Shown here in pieces: positions 11,410 through 21,600 of a stretch of 64,000 nucleotides of DNA. A program made the position numbers and the translations under genes. Source of the stretch: an uncultured Planctomycetota bacterium (lineage in GTDB: Bacteria; Planctomycetota; PLA2; JAEUHO01); assembly GCA_963752285.1 (NCBI GenBank), contig CAVVXN010000002.1:288001-352000 (forward strand). The letters are read 5' to 3'. Under the pieces are notes generated by a model, which was not told where the DNA came from, did no database searches, and saw only the letters and a list, made by a program, of their open reading frames with translations. Numbering within the stretch: position 1 is the stretch's first letter; every line of letters starts with the position of its first letter.

Positions 11410-12678
11410 TCAGAGGCGCCGGCTGCGGAAGGTGCCGCGCGTCTCGAGGCGGCGGACCCAGCGGGTGATGCGGCGGATCCAGGGGCGCGCGCCTTCCAGG
11501 CGTCCGCCGAGGTACGCGCGGAGGAGCGCGAGGCGGAAACGGTCGGAGGCGACCGGGCGGAGCGAGATCGCCAGCGCCGCGAGCCCCCGCGCCGCGCGGC
11601 GCATCGGGAACCGGCGCCGTCCCCGTTCGAGCCGGCCGAGGTCCAGGAACGTGATCGAGCGCCGGCCTCCCGCCGCGGAGCCCTCGACGAGGAGGTGCCA
11701 GGCCTGGAGGTCGGGCGGGAAGAGGCGCGCCGTGTGGAGCGCGCGGATCGCGAGGCCGACGCCGCGCGCCGCGCGGGCGAGGTCGCGCGGGCCCGCGGTG
11801 TCGCGCGCGAGCGCGAGCGCCTGGTCGAGGGGGAGGCCCGGGGCCTCGCGTGTCACGAGCACGCCCGCCGGGACCCCGCCCACCTGGCCCTCGAGCGCGA
11901 GCCACGGCTCGGCCGTCCGGAAGCCCGCCGCGCGGAGCGTGACCATGTTCGCGTGCTCGACCAGCGGGCTCCGACCGCGCTCGAGCGGTCGGATCGCCTT
12001 CACGTAGAGCGGGTACCCGCCGATCTCGACGCGCCGGACGGTCCGCGCGCGGCGCTCGTGCACGAGCGCGCCCTCGGTCGTCGTGACGAGGCGCTCGAGG
12101 TCGAGCCAGCCCTCTCGGTCGAGCGTGCGGCGCGCGGCGCGGAGCGCCACGCCCCGCGCGCCCCGGACCTCGACGCGGATCAGGTCGTCGATCGCGTCGC
12201 GCGTGGCCGCGGCGCGCGCGAGGAGCCCGGTGGACGAGTGGACCTTCGCGTCGCCCACGATCGCGACCTCGACCCCGAGCGCTTCGCTCGTCGCCCGCTC
12301 GGGGATCGTGTCGGGAGTGTAGTCGCGCCCCTTCGCGTGCACGTCCGGCTCGAGGCGGCACAGGAGCGTGTCCACGGTGGGCTCGCCGAAGATCGTGACG
12401 TAGTCCACGCAGTGGAGCGCCGCGACCAGCTCGGCGCGCTCCCCGGCGGGGACGACGGGGCGACCCGGGCCCTTCGACGCGCGCACGGTGGCGTCGTCGT
12501 TCACCGCCACCACGAGCACGCCCCCGAGGGTCGCCGCCTCCTCGAGCGCCCGGACGTGTCCGACGTGGAGCAGGTCGAAACCGCCGTTCGAGAGGACGAT
12601 GCGCCGGCCCGCGCGCTTGTGCGACGCCACGATGGACGCGAGCTCGTCGATCGGCAGGATCTTCTCGCGGGCGCCCAT
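11410..12678 (-). CDS. Fusion of an RfaE-II/HldC-type adenylyltransferase and an LPS (Kdo/WaaP-family) kinase-like domain
   Basis: ATG at 12678; N-half SNGGFDLLHVGH, KGPGRP, KGRDY, SST; C-half LYVK, LHTARLFPPDLQAWHLLV, FLDL. Confidence 0.8.
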   Translation of the reverse strand: MGAREKILPIDELASIVASHKRAGRRIVLSNGGFDLLHVGHVRALEEAATLGGVLVVAVNDDATVRASKGPGRPVVPAGERAELVAALHCVDYVTIFGEPTVDTLLCRLEPDVHAKGRDYTPDTIPERATSEALGVEVAIVGDAKVHSSTGLLARAAATRDAIDDLIRVEVRGARGVALRAARRTLDREGWLDLERLVTTTEGALVHERRARTVRRVEIGGYPLYVKAIRPLERGRSPLVEHANMVTLRAAGFRTAEPWLALEGQVGGVPAGVLVTREAPGLPLDQALALARDTAGPRDLARAARGVGLAIRALHTARLFPPDLQAWHLLVEGSAAGGRRSITFLDLGRLERGRRRFPMRRAARGLAALAISLRPVASDRFRLALLRAYLGGRLEGARPWIRRITRWVRRLETRGTFRSRRL

Positions 12679-12725
12679 CGTCCCCACGATAGCGGAAGGC
12701 CGGTCCCGCTCCCGGCCCCGTCGTC

Positions 12726-13313
12726 TCAGGACGACGAGAGGCCCTCCCGTCGGAGGATCCAGAGTGCCGCCTCGCCCATGTCGCGCGCGACGAAGTCGGG
12801 GTCGTACGGACCGCCGACGGGCAGCGGCCACTTGTCGCGTCCCCCGGCCAGGAGGACCGCGGTCGTCCCGGCGCGCTTCCCCGCCACCACGTCGCGCTCG
12901 CCGTCGCCGATCGAGTAGGACCGGGCGAGGTCGATTCCGAGGTCTCGGGCCGCGCGGAGCCACATGCCGGGGTTCGGCTTCCGGTCCTCGTGGTCCCGCG
13001 CGTACGCGGGCACGACGCCGTCCGGGTGGTACGGCGCGTAGTACTGCGCGTCGAGCTCGAGACCGGCGGCGGCGAGGTTCTCCCGGAGCCGCGCGGCCAC
13101 CTCCTCGTAGCGTTCGACGGTGTAGCGTCCCCGCGCGATCCCCGACTGGTTCGTCACGACGACCAGGAGGAACCCCGCGCGCCGGAGCCGCCCCAGCGCC
13201 TCGGCGACGCCCGCCAGGAGCCGCACGCCGTCGGGGTCGGCGAGGTAGCCCGGGTCGTGGATCAGGGTCCCGTCACGGTCCAGGAAGACCGCGCGGCTCG
13301 TGGGCTCCGCCAT
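12726..13313 (-). CDS. gmhB: D-glycero-D-manno-heptose 1,7-bisphosphate phosphatase (HAD)
   Basis: AVFLDRDGTL, VTNQSGIARG, RKPNPGM, IGD motifs; ATG at 13313. Confidence 0.92.
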   Translation of the reverse strand: MAEPTSRAVFLDRDGTLIHDPGYLADPDGVRLLAGVAEALGRLRRAGFLLVVVTNQSGIARGRYTVERYEEVAARLRENLAAAGLELDAQYYAPYHPDGVVPAYARDHEDRKPNPGMWLRAARDLGIDLARSYSIGDGERDVVAGKRAGTTAVLLAGGRDKWPLPVGGPYDPDFVARDMGEAALWILRREGLSSS

Positions 13314-13404
13314 GGGCGGAGCAGGATACCGGGGGACGTCGAGGACGACCCGCCCGGTCGTCCCGGTGTACACCTCGCCCCGAATCCCGCCGGAGCTCCC
13401 ACCC

Positions 13405-14166
13405 GTGGACGGCGCCCTCGATATCCCGCCGCGCTACCGAGGCGCCCTCCGCGCGGCCGGCCTCGAGACGATCTCCGACGTCCTCGGGCGCGCGACGCTC
13501 GTGCGCGACCTCCCGGATCGCCAGAACCTCCGTCTCGAGGCGGGGGGGATCGTCGTCCACGTGAAACGGAGGAAGGCGCCCGCGCGCGGCGGCTCGGAGG
13601 CCGAGGGCCTCGCCCTCGCACGGGCCGCCGGCGTGCCGACGCCCGAGCTCGCCTTCTCGGGCCGGGACCGGGTCCTCGGTCAGGTGTCGGGGACCGTGGA
13701 CCTCGCGCCGGCCGTCCCGCTCGACGCCGCGCTGCGCCGCGGCATGGACCGCGCGGCGCGCGGGTCGGCGGTCCGCGCGCTCGCGCGGCATGTCGCCCGG
13801 CTCCACGACGCGTGCCTCCACCACAAGGACCTCTACCTGAACCACGTGTACGTCGATCCGTCCCACGGCGACGACCCGGTGCGGGGGATCGTCGACTGGG
13901 AACGCCTCGGGCGCCACCGGCGCGCGCTCTCGCGCTGGGTGGTGAAGGACCTCGCGGCGCTCTACGCCTCGATCCCGGCGGGCGCGGTGGACGCCGGTCT
14001 CCCGCGCCGCTTCCTCCTCGGCTACCTCCGTGCGCGGGGACTCGACGCGCGTCGGCTCGGCGCGCGGCTCCACCGCCGGGTGGCGGCGCGGGCGGCGCGG
14101 ATGCGCCGGCACGTGCCGCGGACGCCGGTGGGCGACGCCGCGCGCCCCGGCGAGACGGCGCCGTGA
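13405..14166 (+). CDS. LPS core heptose kinase (WaaP/InaA family)
   Basis: GTG at 13405 with GGAG; LHDACLHHKDLYLNH, IVDWERL, WVVKDLAALYAS. Confidence 0.85.
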   Translation: MDGALDIPPRYRGALRAAGLETISDVLGRATLVRDLPDRQNLRLEAGGIVVHVKRRKAPARGGSEAEGLALARAAGVPTPELAFSGRDRVLGQVSGTVDLAPAVPLDAALRRGMDRAARGSAVRALARHVARLHDACLHHKDLYLNHVYVDPSHGDDPVRGIVDWERLGRHRRALSRWVVKDLAALYASIPAGAVDAGLPRRFLLGYLRARGLDARRLGARLHRRVAARAARMRRHVPRTPVGDAARPGETAP

Positions 14167-15329
14167 GGCTCGGGGTCCTCCTCGACCGCTACGACCCCTC
14201 GCGCGGCGGCGCCGAGGCGCACACCGCGCTTCTCCTCGAGCGCGCGCTCGAAGGAGGCGACGAGGTGGTCCTTGCCACGCTCCAGGGCCAGGGACCCCGG
14301 GGCGCCGAGACGATCCACGTTCGCGCGCCGCGTCGCCGGCCGGCGCGGGACCGCGCGTTCGCCGACCGCGGCGCCGACGAGCTTCGCGCCGCGGGGGCGG
14401 ACGTCGTGCTCGCGTTCCGTCACGCGCCGCGTGCCGAGGTGTTCCTCCCGCACGGCGGGCTCGTCCTCGACGCGATCCGCGCCCGTGACCGCGCGCGGGG
14501 GCGGAGCGAGGGGTTCGGCCGGGCGCTCGCGCGGCTCCTCTCCCCGAAGGTCCGGTTCTTCCTCGAGGCCGAGCGCGCCGTCCTCGGAGGCGAGGAGGGC
14601 CCCGACGTGGTGGCCGTGTCCCAGGCCCTGGCGGCCCGGATCCGCGCGGTCTACCCGGCCTCGCGCGACCGCGTCGTGGTCGTCGGGAACGGCGTCGATC
14701 GCGACCGCTTCGACCCGGCGCCCTTCCGGGCCGCCGGGGAGGCGCTCCGGAGGGAGGCCGGCCTCTCGGACGCGTACGTGGGGCTCCTCCTCGCCAGGAA
14801 CCCGCTGCTCAAGGGGCTCGAGACGGCGCTCCTCGCGATGGGCCGGCGCGAGGCGCTCGGCCTCGACCCGCCCTTCCACCTGGTCGTCGCCGGCGGGCCC
14901 CTCCCGCGACGGAGCCTCCGCCTCGCGCGGCGCCTCGGGGTCGAGACGCGTCTCCACCCGCGTCCCTGGGCGACCGACGTCCGGCCCCTCCTCGCCGCGG
15001 CGGACGTGCTCGTCCACCCGACCTTCCACGACCCGTGCTCCCTCGTGTGCCTGGAAGCCCTCGCGATGGGCGTCCCGGTCGTCACGACGTCCGAGAACGG
15101 CGTTGGCGAGGCGATGGGCATGCGCGGCGGGATCGTGGTGGAGGAGGCCGGGAACCCCGAGGCCCTCGCCATCGCCCTCGCCGTCCTCGGCGACCCGGCG
15201 CTCCGCGCGGTCACGGGCGACGACGCGCGGGAGCTCACGCGGCGACACCGGCAGCGGGACCGGCTCGACCAGGTGCTCGCGATCTGCCGCGCTCGGGCGG
15301 CCCGGCGCGGGAGTCGGGGCGGCCGGTAG
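14163..15329 (+). CDS. Glycosyltransferase family 4 (WaaG-like)
   Basis: GTG overlaps the kinase stop; GGAE, NGVD, KGLE, ADVLVHPTFHDPCSLVCLEALAMGVPVVT. Confidence 0.9.
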   Translation: MRLGVLLDRYDPSRGGAEAHTALLLERALEGGDEVVLATLQGQGPRGAETIHVRAPRRRPARDRAFADRGADELRAAGADVVLAFRHAPRAEVFLPHGGLVLDAIRARDRARGRSEGFGRALARLLSPKVRFFLEAERAVLGGEEGPDVVAVSQALAARIRAVYPASRDRVVVVGNGVDRDRFDPAPFRAAGEALRREAGLSDAYVGLLLARNPLLKGLETALLAMGRREALGLDPPFHLVVAGGPLPRRSLRLARRLGVETRLHPRPWATDVRPLLAAADVLVHPTFHDPCSLVCLEALAMGVPVVTTSENGVGEAMGMRGGIVVEEAGNPEALAIALAVLGDPALRAVTGDDARELTRRHRQRDRLDQVLAICRARAARRGSRGGR

Positions 15330-15338
15330 GCTTTCCCC

Positions 15339-16358
15339 GTGACGCGTCCGCGCCTCCTCGTGGTCTTGAGCTCGGACCCGCGCGGACCGGTGGTCCGTCA
15401 CCGCTGGCGGGCGTACGCCGACGCGCTCCAGGCGGCGGGTGTCGTGCTCGAGGTGACGTCGTGGCCGAAGGACCGCCTCGGGCGCCGAGCTGCGCTCCAC
15501 CGCGCGGAGATCGCGGACGGGGTCGTCGTGTCGAGCCGCCTCCTCACCCGACCCGACGTCCGGCGGCTCCGGCGCCGCGCCCACCGTCTCGCCTTCGACT
15601 TCGACGACGCCCTTCCGTTCCGGGACAGCGCGCGCGGCGCCGAGGCCTCCCCGACGCGCCGGCGCCGGTTCCGCGCGATCGTCGAGGCGTCGGACGCCGT
15701 GTTCGCGGGCAACGCGTACCTCGCGGCGCTCGCTCGGGAGGCCGGCGCCGACCCCGTCGTGCTCCCGACCACCGTGGACGTGCCCGACGCGCCGGCCGGA
15801 CCGCCGCCCGAGCCGCCGGCGCGGCCCGCGGTGGTCGGGTGGATCGGCAGCCGGAGCACGCTGCCGTACCTCGAGGCGGAGTGGGTCACGCTCTCGGCGG
15901 TCGTCGCGTCGGGCAAGGCGCTCCGTCTGCGCGTGATCGCGGACCGGGCGCCGTCGCTCCCGCCCGGCATCGCCGTCGAGCACGTCCCGTGGACCGAAGA
16001 AGGCTGGCGCGCGGCGCTCGAGCGAACGCACCTCGGTTTCGCGCCGCTGCCCGACGACGCGTGGACGCGCGGGAAGTGCGGCCTGAAGGTGTTGCTCTCG
16101 ATGAGCGTCGGCCGCCCCGTCGTGGCGAGCGCCGTCGGCGTGCAGGCCGAGCAGGTACGACACGGCGAGACGGGCTGGCTCGCAGGGTCGCGGGAGGAGC
16201 TGCTGTCGGGCCTGCTCCTGCTGCTCGACGACCCCGAGGCGCGCCGGCGCATGGGCGCGGCGGCCCTCGAGGACGTGCGCGCGCGGTGGTCGGTTTGCGC
16301 GTGGGCGCCGCGCGTGGTGGACGCGGTCTCGGCGTGGATCGGGGAGGGCATCCGCTGA
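15339..16358 (+). CDS. Glycosyltransferase family 4
   Basis: FDFDDA, GWIGSRST, PLPDDAWTRGKCGLKVL, GRPVVASAVG. Confidence 0.88.
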   Translation: MTRPRLLVVLSSDPRGPVVRHRWRAYADALQAAGVVLEVTSWPKDRLGRRAALHRAEIADGVVVSSRLLTRPDVRRLRRRAHRLAFDFDDALPFRDSARGAEASPTRRRRFRAIVEASDAVFAGNAYLAALAREAGADPVVLPTTVDVPDAPAGPPPEPPARPAVVGWIGSRSTLPYLEAEWVTLSAVVASGKALRLRVIADRAPSLPPGIAVEHVPWTEEGWRAALERTHLGFAPLPDDAWTRGKCGLKVLLSMSVGRPVVASAVGVQAEQVRHGETGWLAGSREELLSGLLLLLDDPEARRRMGAAALEDVRARWSVCAWAPRVVDAVSAWIGEGIR

Positions 16359-17413
16359 CGCTCGTCCTTCCGCCGGCCGGCCGTCTCCTCGTCCGCCTGC
16401 CGAACCCGCTCGGCGACGCCGTGCTCGCCACGCCCGCGCTCCGTGCGCTCCGCGCGGCGCTGCCGGGCCGTCACATCACGTGGGCGGGCGGACGCGCGGT
16501 CCTCGAGGCGCTCGAGGGTCTCCCCGACCGGGACGCGGTGATGCCCGTCGTCGGGCCGTTCGCGAAGGGCCTGCTCGCGCCCTTCTGCGCGGGCCGCATG
16601 TGGAGGGGGACGCGGCCCGACGCGGTGCTCCTGCTGCCCCATGCGCCCTCCGCCGCGATCGCGGCGTGGCGGAGCGGCGCGTCGGTCCGGGTCGGGAGCG
16701 GGCGGGGGCTCGCGCGCCCCTTCGTGACCGAGCGGGTCGCGCTTCCGCTCGAGGGGAGGCGACCTCGGCCCAGGTCCATGACCGCGACGTACCTCGACCT
16801 CGCGCGCCCGTTCGGCGCCGTCCCCGACGGGCGTCCGCCGGCGCTCGTCCCGACGGAGCACGACCGGTGGCGCGCCGCGCGGCGGCTCGCCGACGTGCCC
16901 CGGGGCGCGCGCATCCTGGCCGTGAGCCCCGGCGCGTCGTTCGCGCCGACGAAGCGCATGGCGCCCGAGCGCCTCGGCGGGGTCGTCGCCCGCGTCCGCG
17001 AGCGGACGGGGCTCCTGCCGCTCGTCCTCGCGGGTCCCGGCGAGGGACCGCTCGCGGACGCCATCGCCCGCGCGGCGGGCCCCCCGGTCGTCTCGACGGC
17101 GGGCGCGCCGCCCGACGTGGGGGAGCTGAAGGGGCTCCTCCTCCGTTCGGCCGTGTGCCTCGCGTCGGACGCGGGGCCGCGGCACGTCGCCGAGGCGCTC
17201 GGCGTCCCGACCGTCGTCTACCTGGGTCCGACCGATCCCCGCTGGACCGAGGGGTCGCGCGCGACGGTGGTCCGGAACGAGTCGCTGTCGTGCCTCGGCT
17301 GTCACCTCCGTCGTTGCCCGATCGGCCACCCCTGCCTCGACGACCTCGACCCGGAGACGCTGGTGGAGGCGGTCGTCCGGGCTCTCGCGCCGCCGGGCCC
17401 GGGCGAGGGATAG
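16355..17413 (+). CDS. waaF: LPS heptosyltransferase II (GT9); start uncertain (CTG 16355 or GTG 16334)
   Basis: LVRLPNPLGDAVLATP, SPGASFAPTKR, SDAGPRHVA, GPTDP, CLGC..RRCPIGHPC. Confidence 0.85.
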   Translation: MTLVLPPAGRLLVRLPNPLGDAVLATPALRALRAALPGRHITWAGGRAVLEALEGLPDRDAVMPVVGPFAKGLLAPFCAGRMWRGTRPDAVLLLPHAPSAAIAAWRSGASVRVGSGRGLARPFVTERVALPLEGRRPRPRSMTATYLDLARPFGAVPDGRPPALVPTEHDRWRAARRLADVPRGARILAVSPGASFAPTKRMAPERLGGVVARVRERTGLLPLVLAGPGEGPLADAIARAAGPPVVSTAGAPPDVGELKGLLLRSAVCLASDAGPRHVAEALGVPTVVYLGPTDPRWTEGSRATVVRNESLSCLGCHLRRCPIGHPCLDDLDPETLVEAVVRALAPPGPGEG

Positions 17414-17425
17414 ACTCGCCCCTCC

Positions 17426-18526
17426 ATGGCCGCGGCCCCCTCGTCCCCGACCTCGCCCCCGATCTCGCCCGCCGAGACGGCGCGACTCGTGCGCGGGCTC
17501 GCCGACCGGCTCCGGGCGGGCGTCGCCCGGCGGATCGTCGGTCTGGACGCCGTCGTCGAGCAGGTGCTCGTCGCGGTCCTGACGCGCGGGCACGTGCTGC
17601 TCGAGGGCGTTCCGGGCCTCGCGAAGACGCTCCTCCTCTCCACCATCGCCGACCTGCTCGACCTCTCGTTCTCCCGGATCCAGTTCACGCCCGACCTGAT
17701 GCCGTCGGACGTGACCGGTTCCGAGTACCTGATCCAGGACGGCGCCGGCGGAGACCGCGCGTTCCAGTTCGCCCCCGGCCCGATCTTCGCGCACGTGGTC
17801 CTCGCCGACGAGATCAACCGCGCGCCGCCCAAGACCCAGGCCGCGCTGATGGAGGCGATGGAGGAGGGCCAGGTCACGAGCCTCGGCGTCTCGCGGGCCC
17901 TCGAGCCGCCGTTCTTCGTGCTCGCGACCGAGAACCCGATCGAGCAGGAGGGGACGTACCCGCTCCCCGCCGCGCAACTCGACCGATTCCTCTTCAAGGT
18001 CGAGCTCGACTATCCGAGCGCGGCCGAGGAGGAGCGCATCGCACGTCTCACGGTGCGGGGGCGGGACGAGCCGCTCGAGCCGGTCGCGTCGCAGGAGGAG
18101 CTCCTCCGCGTGCAGGCCGCGATCCTCGCGACGCCCGTCCCGGACGGGATCGTCCGGTACGCGGCCTCGATCGCGCAGGCGAGCCGGCCGGGCCGGGCCA
18201 CGACGCCGGAGCGCATCGACGAGTACGTGGAGTGGGGCGCCGGACCGCGCGCCGCGCAGTCGCTCGTGACGGCCGCCCGCGCGCGCGCGCTCCTCCGTGG
18301 GCGCGTCGCGCCGAGCGCCGAGGACGTCGCCGCGATGCTGCCGCCCGTCCTCCGCCACCGGCTGATCCTCTCGTACGCGGCCGAGGCCGACGGCGTGACC
18401 GCGGCCGACGTGGGCCGCGTGCTGCTCGAGCACGTGCCGCCCCCGGGTGGCCGCGCGGAGGTCGAGAGCCGCCCGATCTGGCGCCGGCTCGTGGACTCCC
18501 TCCGCGGGCTCTCGCGCTCCGCCTGA
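17426..18526 (+). CDS. MoxR-family AAA+ ATPase
   Basis: GHVLLEGVPGLAKT, RIQFTPDLMPSD, LADEINRAPPKTQAAL, ENPIEQEGTYPLP, DRF. Confidence 0.95.
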   Translation: MAAAPSSPTSPPISPAETARLVRGLADRLRAGVARRIVGLDAVVEQVLVAVLTRGHVLLEGVPGLAKTLLLSTIADLLDLSFSRIQFTPDLMPSDVTGSEYLIQDGAGGDRAFQFAPGPIFAHVVLADEINRAPPKTQAALMEAMEEGQVTSLGVSRALEPPFFVLATENPIEQEGTYPLPAAQLDRFLFKVELDYPSAAEEERIARLTVRGRDEPLEPVASQEELLRVQAAILATPVPDGIVRYAASIAQASRPGRATTPERIDEYVEWGAGPRAAQSLVTAARARALLRGRVAPSAEDVAAMLPPVLRHRLILSYAAEADGVTAADVGRVLLEHVPPPGGRAEVESRPIWRRLVDSLRGLSRSA

Positions 18527-18588
18527 GCCCGAGGAAACCTCGGCGGGCGCGACGGGTCCAATGGGCGCGCGCTCCGCGTGCCCTCCCG

Positions 18589-18631
18589 TTGCAGAGGTTT
18601 TGCAGAGCGGGACGACGCACGCATCTACGCT
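18589..18631 (+). promoter_or_regulatory. Putative activator-dependent promoter: TTGCAGAG direct repeat (11-bp period) over the -35 position plus TACGCT -10
   Basis: TTGCAGAG at 18589-18596 and 18600-18607; TACGCT at 18626-18631; upstream of the ATG at 18685. Confidence 0.45.
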
Positions 18632-18684
18632 CGCGCTCTTGGGCGGGGCCCGCTCCGAGGGGCCTCGTCACGTGGAGGCCCGTC

Positions 18685-21600
18685 ATGCGCTGCTCGCGTC
18701 TCTTCTCGTCGGCCGGCGCCGGGTGGCTCGTCGCTCTCTTCGTCCTCTCGCTCCTGCTCGCGGGGCGCGCCTCGGCGGGCGACGAGCCGAAGGCCGAGCC
18801 GCCCGCCGTGGGCGACGCGGCCCCGCCCGCGTCCGACGACGCGTCGAAGCCGGAGCCGCCGGTGCTCCACAAGATCTACGTTCCCTTCCGCGACCTGGGG
18901 AAGATCTTCGAGAAGGAGGGCGAGGGCGTCTTCCTCCCGTACGAGGAGTTCCTGTCGCTCTGGCGCCGCGCGAACCGGCCGACGAGCGTCGAGGGTCCGC
19001 CCGTGTCGGCGGCGATCCGCGCCGCCTCGTACGAGGGCGAGGCGAAAGGCGACCTCGTCACCCTCGACGCGACGTTCGAGGTCGAGGTGCTCGCGCCGGG
19101 CTGGCAGCGCATCGCGCTCCCCTTCGCCGGCGCCGGCATCGAGGAGGCGACCGTCGAGGGCGAGCCCGCGCTGGTGCTGCCCCGTCCGAAGGGCGTCTAC
19201 GAGCTCCTCCTCAGGGACCCGGGGCGGCGCACGCTCGTCTTGAGACTCCGCGTGCCCGCGAAGCGCGAGGGCGACGACCTGAAGGCCTCGTTCTCCCTCC
19301 CGCCCGTCCCCCTCTCGCGGCTGCGCCTCGACTTCCCCGGCCGGGCGACGGACGTGGACGTCCGGCCGCGCATCGCGTCGAGCACCGAGCCGCAGCCCGG
19401 CGGCACGACCAGGCTCGTCGCGTTCCTCGGCGCGGTGGACCACATCGAGCTCACGTGGCGGCAGAAGGAGGAGCAGGCGCCGGCGGAGCAGCCCCTCGTC
19501 TTCGCCGAGGTGCAGCACGACGTGCGCGCGGACCCCGGCGTGGTTCGCACCGAGACGGTCGCGAGCCTCTCGATCCTCCGGTCTCCGCTCACGCACCTCG
19601 CGTTCTCCGTCCCGGCCGACGTCGTGGTGCTGTACGTGCAGGGAGACGGGCTCCGCACCTGGGAGCGCTCCGACGACGGGACCCGACTCGACCTCGACCT
19701 GCGCGACCCCGTGCGCGAGCGGTGGCAGGTGAAGCTCGGGCTCGAGCGGCCGCTCCCGCCCCTGCCGGCCGAGCTCTCGATCCCGCTCCCGCGCCTGGAG
19801 GGCGTCGAGCGCGAGACGGGCTTCCTGCGGCTCCTGTCGGGGGAGGGGATCAAGGTCGAGTCCGTCGCGACGGACGGTCTGCTGCAGGTGGACCTCGCGG
19901 AGATGCCCGACGCGCTGCGCAAGGCGCCGGGGGGACGCGCCGAAGCGTGGCGCTTCCCGACGCGTCCGGGCGACGTCCGCGTGCGCGCCGAGTCGCTCCT
20001 GCCGCGCGTCTCGGCGGGCGTGGGGCAGCGCGTGACGATCCGGCCCGAGGGGACCGGGCTCGCCGCGTCGGTGGCGCTCCGCGTGGAGCGCGCGGGGATC
20101 TTCTCCGTGGACCTCGACCTGCCGGGGGACCTGGAGGTCACCGAGGTCCACGTGAAGGGGCCCGTGGGGTACGACGACCACCAGGTGCGCGAGGTGGACG
20201 GACGACGCGTGCTCACGGTGTCGTTCACCGACCGGCTCCTCGGGGAGGCGCTCGTGGAGGTGAAGGGCCGGCGCGCGACGCCGCTCCCGGCCGAGGGCGC
20301 CACGGTCGGCGAGTCGTCGTTCGAGATCCCGCTGCTGCGATTCCCCACGGCCGACTTCGTGCAGGGGTACCTGGCCCTCCACGTGGACCCCTCGATCGAG
20401 CATCGCGAGGCGAAGCGGACGGGGCTCGTGCCGCTCGACCCGAACGCGCCCGCGGCAGAGGAGCCGCCCGCCGAGCCCGCGCTGCCGCCGCTGGCGCGCC
20501 GCTTCGAGTACCTGCAGGGCGACCTCGCGCTCACGCTCGCGCTGAAGCGCCGGGCCCCGTCCGTCGAGGCGGAGGTCCAGACGTCGCTCCGCTTCGAGCC
20601 CGACCGCGTGCGCGTCCAGACGACGCTCGACTACCGGGTGAGCTACCGGGGCGTGGACACCTTCCGCTTCACGGCGCCGCTCTCGCTGAAGGACCGTCTC
20701 CACCTCGATCTCGAGGGCGTGCAGCTCCTCGGTCCCGAGGCCGTGGAGGTGGAGGGGAAGGAGCCGACGCGCGGGCTCTGGACCGTGAAGCTCCCCGCGG
20801 ACCGGCTGGGCGCGGTCCCGATCGCGCTCCAGGTGGACGACGTGCCGGAGGCGGCGCTCGCGTCGGGCACCTCGCGACGCTTCGAGGTGCCGACCTTCGT
20901 GCCGATGGCGGCCGAGGGCGGGCCGCTGCCGAACGTGACGCACTACGTGTCGGTCCGTCGCGATCCCCTGCTCGAGATCACGACCGAGAAGCTCGACCGC
21001 GCCGAGGAGATCGACGCGCGGGAGCTGCCTGCGCCGCTGCGCGGCGAGGACGACTTCCTCGCGCTCCGGGCGTACGAGCCCGAGTGGGCCGCGACGCTCG
21101 TGGTGACGAGGCACGACTACGAGCCCGTCGCCGAGGTCGTGATCTCGCACCTGCACCTCGACACCGTGGTCCACCAGGACCGCGCCACGACCGAGGCGTA
21201 CTTCGTCGTCCGGAACAACGACCGCCAGTCGTTGCGGCTGCGCCTGCCGCACGGCGCGAGCATCCGGGCGCTCACGGTGGACGGCCAGAGCCGCGCGCCG
21301 CGGCAGGGCGAGCCGGGCGAAGAGGACATCGTCCTCGTGCCGCTCCAGACGGGGCGCGCGAAGGACGACGCGTTCACGGTGGCCCTCGTGTACGACCACG
21401 ACGTGAAGCTCTCGTCGGGTCTCGTCTTCGACGACTGGACCCTCTCGTCCCCGGTCCCCCTGGACGTGAAGGCCGACCTCCTCACGTGGCGGGTGTACCC
21501 GCCCGCGAACCTGGAGTACGTCGGTGTCGGCGGGACGGTCGAGCCGGCGGAGCCGTACCGCTCGTGGTTCGGGTCGCTCGTCCAGGGCCTGTTCCGCTCG

